From: Balanoglossus misakiensis | Taxonomy: Eukaryota > Animalia > Hemichordata | DNA length: 64,000 nt | NCBI GenBank assembly: GCA_040954595.2 | Contig: CM082589.2 | Span: 11,420,894 to 11,484,893 of the forward strand | Direction: 5' to 3' | Shown here: in pieces, positions 21,986 to 35,001 of the stretch | Layout: each line of letters begins with the position of its first letter | Position numbering within the stretch: position 1 is the first letter of the stretch | Translations under genes and position numbers: made by a program | The notes under the pieces: generated by a model | Seen by the model: only the letters and a program-made list of their open reading frames with translations | Database searches by the model: none | Told to the model about the DNA's origin: nothing

Positions 21986-24900
21986 AGCCTAGAATTAGGT
22001 ACATGCGAAAGTTTTTGACAAGATAGATAAGTTGTAAAATATGTACATGAACCTGACAATTGACTTAAAATAACATAAGGCAGACTTGATACTTATCGGA
22101 GATAGATACTAATAACAACAGTGATGTTAATTACACCGGGAATGTTTGTCTTATTATAGCTACATGTAAAAGACTGCTTGAGGTAATGTAATTAAAGTGA
22201 CCACTTGCGATTCACCTTCAAAGTGCTATGCAAGTACATTGTTTTTCCAATGATTGGACAAAGGATATTCATAATGTGTAATTAAGGCTGGATAGCATTT
22301 TCAATGTAATAAGCCCTGCCTTCACTATAATCTTACGCCAAATCAACATTGTTCAATTTATGTTAATAATTTCACTAAGGGATACTTGTTACATCAAATT
22401 TCCCAGCAAGGGGTGTCAGATTATTGGGCAAGTGGCATGCATGACACTAGACGATACTTTTGGAAGCAAAGCGGACAGAACACGGCTGGATATAGACTAG
22501 GTAATTCTGAATGTGACCATGAACTGTACCACAGACTCTGTATTGTATGTTTCTGAAGAATCCCATTTAACCCAGACATCAACATACTTCAACCTTGTAA
22601 GAAGTAGAACATACATGATTTACTAGTAAATATTTGCTAGCTTATTACACACTTTGGATTACACAAAAATAGGTGTGTACACCGCTGTGACATTGCCAAG
22701 CAGATATGACCTACCAGGTAACCTAATACAATTTCACAGGAATCGGAGTATTTTCAGTGAAAACAACATTTCTTCAACAATGACAAAAACTGCCTCAACC
22801 ACAAAAATTCAGATATCAACAAATCCAACAATATCTCACTTCAATCACCACAAGGAACATGCCTACCAAAATTGAAAGCAATTTGACATGCGGTTTCAAA
22901 GAATACAAATTGCAAAAATTGCCTCAAGACCACAAATATGCAAATTTCACCAAAATGATATACAACATTACTTGGGTTACCTCATGGAACAAGCAAACCA
23001 AAATTTAAATGCAACCTGACCTGACATGGAGTTTCAGAGAAAATGATTTTTGACCAAAAATGACAAAATTATATTTCCCAAAAATTACAAATTTTGCCAC
23101 AATTTAAACAATACTAACAAAGATTACCTATAGGAAATAGCATACTAAATTCTAGATACAATTCACGATATTAGCTGAAAGTATATCAGGCGTGACATAA
23201 GCTACATGCATACAAATGTTCAAAGCAATCTGACCAGTTGTTGAGTTTCTGAGTTTTGATCAATTTCACATTGCTCCAGGTAATTAGCATATTTCATTTG
23301 AACAGGCGTGCCTGCATCTAAAAACCCAATATCAAGACTTACCACACAGACTCTGTATTGTATGTTTCTGGAGTAATCAAATAAAACCAATCATGAAAAT
23401 ACTTCAACCTTCTTAATATGAACAAAATCCTATTTACAGGCTGGCCTACATCTACACACCAAATATCAAGGGGATACGCGAAGGGGTTTTCAAGTTTTTG
23501 ATGTGGACAGACATACATACATCCATACATACTACATACACACATACAGAGGCAACTGACTGGTCAGAAGGCATGAGCAAAAATGCAGGAAATCAATGTT
23601 GTGACACTGGTAGTAGGCCTTAATGTATACAATATCAAGACAGTTTATTTAACATGAAGTTTGATATGTTCATAATCATTCAGAGCTAAGCATATTTTGA
23701 AATTGTAAAATTAATATCAATCACATGAAAACTGACAGCATGCTTTCATTTGGGAATTTAGGTATTGTAATTAACACTAACAGTCATGAAACTATTGAAT
23801 CGTCAATAAAATCATACAGTAGAAATTAATGGGTTTTCTATTTATATGCGATGTGAAAATGCAACTTGTGGTCCTTCGGCCAGTAAGAGGCATCAGATAA
23901 TATTGTAAGACCCAGTTGCCCAATTGATTAGACCTACATGTATGCGCTGTGTGAAGCGCAAGTTATGGCAACTGAATTCACAGGACACTGAAGAAAGTGG
24001 AATCACTCAAGGTACATATGTATACATGTAGGCTAACAATCACAACACAGAGAATAGTTCTCCATATTCATTTTTAATACGATAAGATTCACTGAATTGG
24101 CGCATCCATGGGCAGGCAAGGTTAGTTCCAACTCAGTTTGCAAATCAGGCCCATGTATCTTGTTCCCTGAGACTGTCTGCTTCTAATAATAGCTGTAAGA
24201 ACATAATCGTTGACCGAATGGTTGGTTCAATTTTGCGACATTTTATGATTTCAAGCTGTGCAATATTTGCAACTCAGTTTCAACTTTGGTTGGAGGGATG
24301 ATGATGAAGCAATTTCACTGACAAAATAGCACTACTAACTGACGTCAATATTTGTTCAAAGTTAAATGCATTGCCATCAGAAAAATGTATACGAAAAGTT
24401 TCGTATGTGAATAATAACACTTTTTCGCATAACTGCAAACCCTGTCACAGTTGTGAAATTCTAAGAAAATTCATTCATTAGGTAGAATTCGTGCTTTATG
24501 AATTCTTAAACAAACTTAGTCATGAAACCTAAATGGTTACCTTACACATGTGGAGGCTCGACTTCTGTGATATGATAGTCTTTAATTAATGTGTATGTGA
24601 TTCCATACAAATCCATATGATTACCTGAACATACAAAATAAATTAAAAATAAATACATAAATTAAAAATAAATAAGTATCTCATACATATGCATAAGTGC
24701 TTGTGAGAAATATATCATATATCTAAATAAACCTGTCATTTATTGACCTCATTTTCCCAGTAAACCAAAGGACTAAATTGCACTTTAATATTACAGCTTC
24801 ATTTCAATGCAACAGGTACACTACATCATAAGGGAACAAATATGCCAGCTCAACATTTATATAAACAGTGTCAAAATATAAGTGGCTACAAAAGCTTGTG

Positions 24901-25937
24901 TCCCTTCAATCCATTCTCCCACTCAGGTCAAACGTGTTACATATTAAAATTGCAATGTGCATAATATACAATTAGTCTTTTGTAAATTCAGACTGAGAAA
25001 ATATGACTGATAAACATTATCTGGCACATGTTGGTGAATGGCTGGCGTTGATGTTGTGGGTTGAAATCCGAACTATGATTATCGCGGGTACAAATCACAT
25101 TTATTTTCTCAGAGACAACACGTTTGCAACTTCGGGACAGAAAGGTGAAAACGAACGTCATTAGTTCTTGGGAAAAAACTCTGAAATCAATTTCATTGAG
25201 GTCAAATGTGTTCCAAAGGCAAACCGTTTGTGGTAAACAAATCAATGGCAAATAGTTACTTCGGCGACTTACCAATCAATCAACATGGCTGCCAAATCGT
25301 TGGATATCCCGGTTTCATCTCGCGATCATTCTATCTTCCGATATGGCGTTGCTTGGTTAAATTCGTCTCTTCTTTGCCGACATAGTCGGGCGACAGCGGT
25401 CCAGAAGCATATACAGCGACGCCATCTTGTTTACAATGTGAAGTATCAACTGCGCATGCTCAATGGTTGTTGATTGGAAAGTGGGCAGAGCCTGCAAGAT
25501 CCAGGGTTCGCTTGACCGGCCAAACGCGGTTATTCTCCCTGGACCAAATCATTTAAGCGTCAGGCGTAATACATCACATAATTGACTGGAAAACTAAACA
25601 GTCTTCCACCTATATATCAACACAGTTTATTAAACCAGCACCCGCGCAAATATTCACAAGTATATGATTAAAATTGATGAAATCATTAATCGCACGGTTA
25701 CAGCTGTCATAGTTTCTAATAATATTATTCACTGGTAGCGCTGACATACCATGTTGAAACTTGTCGCGGAAAACAAGATAATTGATCTTACGGTGTCATT
25801 TGTTTTTAAAAAGTGCTTAATAACTATTGATCCCATTGATATATTTTTTCCATATTTATATATTTTTCGCAAATTTTGACTGCTTGGGCTACTAATAGCA
25901 TGGTGATCACAATGGATTTACCACCTCCCAGCTGCCT

Positions 25938-25944
25938 TATAAAA
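25938..25944 (+). promoter_or_regulatory. TATA box upstream of spacer gene remnant
   Basis: TATAAAA 59 nt upstream of the ATG at 25997. Confidence 0.45.
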
Positions 25945-25996
25945 GAATGCCTATTCTGTGGACACTAGCCTCATCGAAGACCGAACGTGTTCATCG

Positions 25997-28190
25997 ATGT
26001 TTCCATTCATGACGAACTCCAATGCAGGCGTCGCAGTCATTCTGGCTTTCACGCTGTGGGCACCTCTGGTGACAGCAATTCCCAACAAGTTGCGGGTAAG
26101 TAATCACACAACCTATATGAGTGAAAGTTTCTTGTCATTTTCGCAACGTCAAGGTTGATATTCTCTTCTTGGATCGAAAATGTGTGACACAACAAATGAA
26201 TCTGCGTGGCAGGGTCGGCTGTGTCTTTTGCTTCGAGGCATAGTCGTCAGACACACATCCCTAACACGCGAAGCCAGCTTATCCTTTGATCAAATGGCAG
26301 CGCTATTCTAAATATTTTACAGCATGCCCTAAAGGACAAACACGTGCCGCTGGAAGAGGCCAACACTCAGCAGAGACGGCAAGATGTTAACGGAGGTGAG
26401 CCCCAACAATAAATTAATATTGTTCCTTTTATTTAGAAAACGCCGCATAATTAGCCAACCAATCATGGTTATGAGAAACCTCCAAAATACAATGTATCGA
26501 TATTTACTGCATCTGTTCATACTTCGCCCGCGCTTTAAAAACCCTATAGCTGCTAAAATTGGCATATTTTTTTCCAGAGTAAAATACTTCATATGTATAT
26601 TCCCTATTCCCTAAAATCTTCACCCGTGACCATTGAGCCATATTACTTGCATTTGCATTGGTTTGTCATAACTTGGCGTCGCATTTCACGATAGCTGCTT
26701 AGCTGCTATTGTTTGTATGAAGGCTGATTAAATCGGTGAGGCACCGTTTTAATACATAGCATGTTCCAATTGCAACATGCAGTCACAATCGGGCATCGAT
26801 AAGATGTTTATGTATACCTATCAGTAAGCTTATTTTGATGAACCAATTTAAGTTGGAAAATAAAATCATGAAAATAATGCTAAAAGTGGCAGCTTTGGAG
26901 GCTTTAAACTACAGTTCTCCCAAATTGTCTTGACTAAATGACATACATGTGGTCAAAAGTTCTGACTGCAGAAGAGGTTGCAGCTGTGGCGGGGGACTGT
27001 TCAATTGGAGGAAATATATTTACATGGAATAAAGACAATATTGAAATGGCAGCAGAAATAGTTCCTACTGAAAAGAATGCTATCTGCAGTGAGTATCACA
27101 ACTTTAAAATGAAAGATTTTGCAAATTTAAAAAAAATATTGAGTGTTTTGACATGCGTCAGTGGTCAGTAACACACAAGCTGCATGATAAGAGGGTCACG
27201 AGAAATTGTAAGCCGCAATGTATAATGGATTAACTCCATGACCTATGCGACCTACGAACTGTGACGTACAGAATTTATTTCTACGTGTAATGCGGTCTGC
27301 GGCAGTGAGCCACAGACCGCATTGCGAGAGCAGTGAGAATTCACCACAATGCAAACTTTCTGAACGTAGGTTGATCTTCGAATGAAATATTACCTTGTCA
27401 CCAGTTTTCCACATGGCTACACTGTAAAATTGGGTGACGTGTTCGTTCACAAGTGGAATAATTGTGAGTAGTAAAGCACGCGAAGTTAAGCAACGAGCAC
27501 GTTTTGAAATGCGCGCAGATGATCCCAGTTTAGCAAATTCAGGCCATTGCGTGCATGCAAAATAAAATAATACTGTACCGGGGGTGAGCCTACTTTCTTT
27601 CCATACAGATACACGTATATGTTGGTTAAGGTATGTGACAAACAGTTTTCATGTAACAGCCAGTGATGCTGACCATAAAACCAGCGCAGCTGATGCTTTC
27701 ATCTACAATTTGCAACATGGACGTTTGTGTCTCTGCATGTGTCGTGCATGTTACTGCTGAACAAAAAAGATATGCGGGCACCACAGGCTGGCGAAAGCGG
27801 TGCTCACGTGCTCTGCAAGCTGATGTTGTCACTAAATTGGCAAAGTATTGTACACATGGAGGAGTTTCTTGAGCTGTCTGTTGTATAAATGTCGGTTGTG
27901 AGTACATTATTTTTTATTTTATTTTAATAATTTTCAAAGCCCCTATGATTGAAGCATATTATTACGACTCATCCGTTCATCATTCATTCATTCATTCATT
28001 CATTCATTCATTCATTCATTCATTCATTCATTCATTCATTCATTCATTCATCCATTCAGTCAGTCACTGTACCAATTGAAGACGCCCTTGTATAGGAGAA
28101 TTTAGCTATGTACTGACTGTCTTTTCATTTTTTCTTCATCCTATAGAATCTACCGACCTGGTCGCTGTCAATAACAATTCAACTCCTTAA
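25997..28190 (+). pseudogene. Remnant of a secreted pentraxin-domain protein gene (exons 25997-26095, 26323-26395, truncated ~26938-27088, 28147-28190)
   Basis: Exon 1 is signal-peptide-like (MFPFMTNSNAGVAVILAFTLWAPLVTA..R|GTAAGT); exon 2 has AG/GT; YMWSKVLTAEEVAAVAGDCSIGGNIFTW matches the pentraxin C-terminal motif (W..vLt.eeI......C...Gn...W) and ends A|GTGAGT, in phase with the last exon (KSTDLVAVNNNSTP*). No acceptor or N-terminal part for the pentraxin exon. Confidence 0.65.
27976..28058. repeat. (ATTC)n microsatellite
   Basis: Direct reading. Confidence 0.95.
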
Positions 28191-30556
28191 ACATCCTGTG
28201 TGTGTGAAGTCTATGAACACTGGCCATGCATTTCAATTCAAGGACAAAATGAATGCGCAATATTTCGTTTTATCGAGAGTAATGTGCAGTGATTAAATTT
28301 GCTAGGGCTCTCTTAGCAGATTTGGAGTTAGTCATTTTGGTAGAAACTTTTCGAGATGGGAAATCTTTGGTCATCTAACCAAGTTATTTGTATTTTTGTT
28401 ATATAAGACAGAGTCATTTCTATATCATAGATGCAAGTTTAATTTATAACATGAATTTGAATAAAATATTTTTTTTAAATATCACCACATGAATTTGAAT
28501 AAAATATTTTTTTTAAATATCACCAGATTGAAATCTTTGGAAGTTTGCACTTAGAGGGATGGCATGGCAGTTTTCCACTGTTCATATTACAAAGAATTTG
28601 GCGTCACGTGTAGATTTCATGAGTGTTCGAGTTTTGCTCTTCCCAGCCTCGTACCCACAATCCTCTGATACTTACACTTACGTCAGTTCTATAGCCGCTG
28701 ACCCACTAGATTCTCCTTATGAATTGCCCAAATTATTTTTTGGTATAGTTTTGATAGTTAGTGCACGGAAACTTTTGATCGATTCACGAAATTCAAAATA
28801 TGTTACATCACAAACCTCATAAAAAGGAGGCTAGAGTAGCCTGTTTGTTTTCAGGTAATTTTACAATTACCTCAATTACCTTTTTTCGAGGGAGGGGGTT
28901 AAGAAAACATACAGATTGAAATAACAAGGAAGTGGTATATCAAACCGAAACCTTATCTCAATCGTGATTCTAGAGTGTTTCCATGTCATGTGACATCCAC
29001 AAAAATGTGGTATTATCTTGAAAAGAGTCCCGATTTCCCAAACTGGTTTTGCGAATGTACTTCACTTTGGAGCAATGCATGAGTACATTCGTAGAAAGAT
29101 ATTGCTCCACTATTTACTGACACTCCTCTTGTACTGCAAATATTACTGCATTCTGTCAGGGCAAGACAAAAGACACAGCAGAACTGCCAGAATTAAAACA
29201 GACAACTGGCAATTTCAATAAAACATGTAATAACAAATATATGTAACATTGAATGAGGTGTCCATACAGCTTGGTCATTTAAAGACCTCCAGTCATTGTG
29301 ACAATGCATAAATATTTATGTACACCATATTAAAAATTAGTTCAGGCATACCTTATACATGTATGTTTTTGACTGACCATATCCTCAGCACGCCCTTTTT
29401 TTCAAAAAGACTATCATTATTCTCTGCCAGGCAGAGAGTTGCCGCTTTCTTGTTAACAATAATATACTATTATAACATTGCATAGATTCCTGTTTGTTTC
29501 TGTCCATATCTCACAAACTGTGGTGTGCATACTGTTGAAATGACCTCAAGAAGAAAATGCCAAATGGAAAAATATTTGACATACTAACCTGTATGATAAT
29601 GTTATACGGTACAATATATTTAACGGTTCCAATCCAATGTTGAGAACTAACAAAACAATTTGAGCAGAATTCATTTAAAATTAATTGCAGTTCCGTTTCA
29701 CCGCATTTCATAGGATGCTGGCTAAAATTCATACTATGGTGGATTACCTGTTATGCATTTCTTTCCCTATTTCGTCTGGCAGATTTGAGTTTGACAAGCT
29801 GTCATTTTCCTTTCAGCTCCGCAAAATTGATGGATTTACTTTGACAGCACACAGACTGTCCATTTGTCATCGGAGATACAAGCAGCATCAGTTGCTGAAC
29901 AGCTTGCAGCAGTGTTGGAAAAGAGTACACAACACTAACTTGCAAGAGTGCTTTGGCCCTTTCTTCACACTGTCCGAAACTTGTTGTGTTACATCATTGC
30001 TTAATGAATAAGAAATACACAGGTATTTAGCGTTCTATTCAATACCTACAATAGATAAAAGGGTGTCGGTCTGTATGCGACAATCTTCAATGTTCTTATG
30101 AGCACAAGGCTTTATTCAGGGAACGTTTTACAGTAAGAATTATATGATATAAACTGAATAAGTTTGTTGTCTGTCAACTCTTCTGTCTTTGTCTTACCGA
30201 TACGGTTCTAACCGCAAACACTGAGGCTTCTCTGCTCGTACACAGTATAAATCAATGGATGATAAAATGCGCCCTCTTTTGGTGAACTCTTCGTACCGCC
30301 CGACCTTCTACCTTACATTAAGGCATGTAGGGCGGTCAGGTAGATGGCAGTGTATTGCAAGCGTCTCTTGCATATTTTTTTCCGCCAGGAATGGCATACA
30401 TTCGTTTTTGGCGACACCACAACTGCTGGAACTTCTCGAAAAATTGAGAGCCGGATTTCATAAATGCTCATGTTTTCCGAAGGGCTGAAAGAAGATCCAG
30501 AGTGGAATATTTAAATTTGCCTGTGGCAGACATCATAGTGGCTGCCAGTTATTCTA

Positions 30557-30717
30557 TTTCTTGTGCAAGAGATAGTATCTTGTTCCAGCGAGATGTTTTC
30601 TCGTGTGCACGAGAAACATGCTATCTCGTGCATATCTCGTGCGCACGAGAAAATTGCGAGCGCACTCGTGTTCACGAGAAAATATCACATGCACACGTAA
30701 GTCGTGCGCACGAGATA
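30557..30717. repeat. Cluster of palindromic TCTCGTGCGCACGAGA-type units
   Basis: tctcgtgtgcacgaga, tctcgtgcgcacgaga, ctcgtgttcacgaga, tcgtgcgcacgaga within 160 bp. Confidence 0.8.
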
Positions 30718-33434
30718 AAAAAATGTGCCCTGTAGTCTTTCTTAGGACATGGTAGCGTGACGTCGCATTGTAATTAACGGACGATCTTGGAAATTCGGCT
30801 ATTAATGGTGAATGGACTTTCGCCTCCTTCGAACAACAACAGAGACTGACGTCGCAACAATGACAGAAAAAGTGAAGCAAATGGCCGACAAAACAAAGAG
30901 AATCGGAAAACGGGCAGGATCCTCGGCACAGACATCTGGGAATAATACCACCACATCAAATAGAACGACGAGTAGTGCAGGACAAACCGCCACCAGTGAC
31001 TATGACAACAAGTCTGAAGGCGATGCTGGCGAACCCTTGCACAATACAACTACAGTCCTACAGAGAAATGCAGCCCAGCGCCACTCAAGATTTTCCATTC
31101 CTGGTCTGGCAGCAGCCAAAATATGTTGTTGTTTTTTCTCTTAGAAGCGACCTCAGTCTGAGCTGCATGAGAATAAACTGTAGGTTGGGAATACAACAAA
31201 AAAACACGCAGTCGCTGCGGTCAACACGTAGCTATTAGTTTCGGTTTTATGTTCGCTACAGCTCGGAAACCAAAATGTGGTACAACTTCAAGCTACATAA
31301 ACTGGAAAGCATAGTACGTGCAGAGCAGACCATGGTGACGAAAGCAGGTATTCTAGGTCGTAAGATAAAAACACGGCGCTAGAAAAACAGTCATCAAAAG
31401 TTGCACGTGTTCCCCGGCCAAAAATAATGTAATTGTTGGCGCACAGAAAGTCCAGTCGATAAACGTTTACGCTATAGAAACTCACTCTCTCAGCAAAAGT
31501 CTGACACCCTCGTCAATGACAAAACGCAAACCGAGCTGGGTATGATCAAGTCAAACATAGGGCCAATCCCCACTCTGTGTTTTATTATTTTCCACATACG
31601 ATGGTTCTAAATAAAAATGTACCTATTTGAAATGCTTACCGAGGTAAGATCATTGAAAGTTTTCAAACGTTGATGACAAATGTATAACTGATTTTTTACA
31701 AATGAATAATCGCGCACTTGCATGTTATTTTCTCTATACCAGACACCGCGCGCGCGCCGTTGGCAAAAAAAAAAAACGCGGAAAATTATTGAGCATGCGC
31801 AGTCGATACTTCACAATGTAAACAAGATGGAGTCGCTGCCTATGCTTCTCGACCGCTGTCGCCTGACTATGTCGGCAAAGAAGAGACGAATTTAACCATG
31901 CAACGCCATATCGGAAGACAGAATGATCGCGAGATGAAACCAGGCTATCCAACGATTAGGCAGCCATGTTGACTGATTGGTATGTCGCCGAAGTAATTAT
32001 TTGCCATTGATTTGTTTACCAGAAACGGTTTGCCTTTGGAACACATTTGGCCTCACCGAAATTGATTTCAGAGGTTTTTTCCCAAAAACTAATGACGTTC
32101 GTTTTCACCTGAGTGCGAGGATGGATTGAAGGGACACAAGCTTTTGTAGCCACCAATATTTTGACACTCTTTATATCAATGTTGAGCTGGCATATTTGCT
32201 CCAATATGATGTAGTGTACCTGTTGCATTGAAATGAAGCTGTAATAATATTACAGTGCAATCTAGTCCTTTGGGTTAATAGGAAAACGAGGTCAATAAAT
32301 GACAGGTTTATTTAAATACAGGATATATTTATCACAAGCACTTATGCATATGTATGAGATACTTATTTATTTTTAATTTATTTTTTATTTTTTATTTATT
32401 TTGTACGTTCAGGTAATCATATGGATTTGTATGGAATCACATACACATTAATTGAAGACTATCATATCACAGAAGTCGAGCCGCCAGATGTGTAAGGTAA
32501 CCATTTAGGTTTCATGACTAAGTTTGTTTAAGAATTCATAAAGCTACCCAATGAATGAATTTCCTTAAAATTTCACAAATGTGACAGAGTTTGCAGTTGT
32601 GCAAGAAAGTGTGTATTATTCACATAAGAATTTTTTCGTATGCATTTTTCTGATGGCAATGCATTTGACTGTAAACAAATATGGATGTCAGTTAGTAGTG
32701 CTATTTTGTCAGTGAAATGGCTTCATCATCATCCCTCCAACCAAAGTTGAAACAGAGTTGCAAATATTGCACAGCTTGAAATCATAAAATGTTGCAAAAT
32801 TGAACCAACCCTTTGGTCAACGATTATGTTCTTACAGCTATTATTAGAACCAGACAGTCTCAGGGAACAAGAGACATGGGCCTGATTTGCAAGTTGAGTT
32901 AGAACTGCCTTTGCCTGCCCACGGACGCCCCAATTTCAGCAAAAATTATTGCATTAAAATATGAGTATGGAGAACTATGCTCTGTGTTTCTTTTGTTAGC
33001 TTACATAGCTGTTGTCATTCTAGTTTTTCCTCCGTCCTGTGAGCAGAGTTTCAGTTGCGAAAACCGACAGTTCTCAAAGTACAAAAGTACACCTAAATTG
33101 CCTCGGTGATGAGCATGCAGAATTTATCTGATGCTTCTTACTGGCAGAAGGACCCCACCAGTTGCAGATTGTGAATTCCATGGCACAAGGGAATTTACGC
33201 TTTGCGTTCAAATATAAATAATTAAATCCTGTAAAATTATTCTATATGTTATTTATTGATGATTCAAAAGTGTTATGACTGATTGTGTTAGAGTACCTGT
33301 ATTCCATATAAGCATGCTGTCAGTGCACATCCGATTGATAACAATTTCACATTTTTAAAAATTTGCTTCTCTGAATAATTATGAATACATAAAACTTCAT
33401 ATGATATAAATTGTCCTGATATCGTAAACATTAA

Positions 33435-33889
33435 ACCCCGATGCGTGGTATAAAAGACCCCCCAAATCAGTGGCGAATCTTAATGCCGTTTGACTGACAA
33501 CAGACAACACCAACGATCTTGGCTCTAATGATCTTGGCTCTATGAAAATCGGCCCAAACAGATCCAAGCATAAAGAATTACACCACACAATGACAGTGGT
33601 TGGCTTTATAAACACACACAACATAAAGTTATCGATGAAAAAGTACACGAGCTTTTGAAACAACGATGATTTTGGGAGAAATCTGGTTTCAGTGCTTTTC
33701 AGAAGCATCCCTGGGAAACAATAACCACGCCATTCAAACAGCTGTCAATCGCATAGAGGTGTAAAGTGTTCAATTATTTTCTATGTACATGAGATCAATT
33801 ACACAGTTATTATGCACGACGACCACTCCCAAATAAACAACTGTACAAACACACGTTAATCCGAACCCCAGTACTTTCCGCACCGGGGT
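33435..33889. mobile_element. TTAA-targeting MITE (piggyBac- or Kolobok-like) in right arm only
   Basis: TTAA|ACCCCGATGCG ... CGCACCGGGGT|TTAA; single TTAA at the empty site in the left arm (~23620). Confidence 0.8.
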
Positions 33890-33939
33890 TTAAGGCCTAA
33901 TGCTAGTGTCACAACATTGATTACCAGACCGTTTCCCTC

Positions 33940-34000
33940 TGTATGTATGTATGTATGTATGTATGTATGTATGTATGTATGTATGTATGTATGTATGTAT
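33940..34000. repeat. (GTAT)n microsatellite
   Basis: Direct reading; shorter counterpart at ~23510-23548 in the left arm. Confidence 0.95.
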
Positions 34001-35001
34001 GCAGCCATGTATGCATGTGTTTGTGTGTGTGTGTACATGTGTGTATGCATGTTACATGTATATATGGATGTATGTCTGCCCTGATCCAAAACATGAAACC
34101 ATGCTTTTTTTATTTTGGTGTGTAGATGGGATTTTGCTGAAATGAAGTTGTCAATGCAAAAATACGCAAATAACCTGTGAAATATGTGGAATTGATCAAA
34201 ACTCAACAACTGGTTAGACTGCTTTGAACATTTGTATGCATGTAGGTAATGTCATCATACCTGATATACTTTGAGTTTATATCGTGAATTGTCTATTTTT
34301 TATGCAATTATTTTGTCTTGTTTTACCATTTGAAAAAAAAATCTTTTCCTCTTAAAGAGATTGGCTGATTTCTTTAGAATTTAGTATGACACTTCCGGTA
34401 GGTGATCTTAGTTGGTTTTGTTTAAATTGTCGCAGAATTTGTAATCTGTCATTTTTGGTCAAAATTCATTTTCTGAGAAACTCCTTAGATTGCTTTTAAA
34501 TTTTCCAAGAGGTAACCCAAGTAATGTTGTATATCATTTTGGTGAAATTTACATATTGTGGTCTTGGGGCAATTTTTGCAATTTGTATTCTTTGAAACTA
34601 CTAGTCAGATTGCTTTCAACTTTGGTAGGCGTGGTGATTGAAGTAGATATTATACAATTTGTTGATAGTTGGATAGATGTGGTTTGAGGCAGTTTTTGTC
34701 ATTGTTGAATGTTGTTTTCCCTAAAATACTTGTCTGGTTCCTTTGAAATGTTCTTACAGTAGGTCATATCTGCTTGCCAATGTCACATGATTTTTCCCAT
34801 GAACACAGACATACCTAATTTTGTGTAATCCCCAGATGGGACCACAGTGTGTAATAACCTGACCAACAGTGACTAGTATATCCTGTGTGTTATACAGTAC
34901 TTCTCACAAGGTTGAAGTACATGTAGACTGTTGATGATTTTTTGCGATTCTTCAGAAACTTACAATACAGAGTCTAATGTGGTAACGTCCATGGTCACAT
35001 T

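Larger units (their letters stand above)
14370..25464 (+). repeat. Left arm of a giant imperfect inverted repeat
   Basis: Collinear reverse-complement anchors with the right arm: 14398/41934, 15009/41404, 15465/40445, 16640/40087, 17550/39205, 20150/38945, 21300/37730, 22300/36700, 22900/34590, 24600/32440, 25300/31950, 25464/31788. Confidence 0.92.

Noticed and set aside
26938-27088. Spacer pentraxin fragment derived from the pentraxin exon at 62096-62379
   Set aside because: Only motif-level similarity; the spacer remnant has its own signal and terminal exons.
28449-28525. Short tandem duplications (also 59481-59556)
   Set aside because: Ordinary local slippage duplications of about 40 bp.
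25285-31952. Paired similar ORFs 25285-25473 and 31734-31952 as duplicated genes
   Set aside because: They are the inner ends of the inverted arms; start and stop differ and no domain is evident.
33856-34209. YIHT/MYVC repeat ORFs
   Set aside because: Translation of the (GTAT)n microsatellite.
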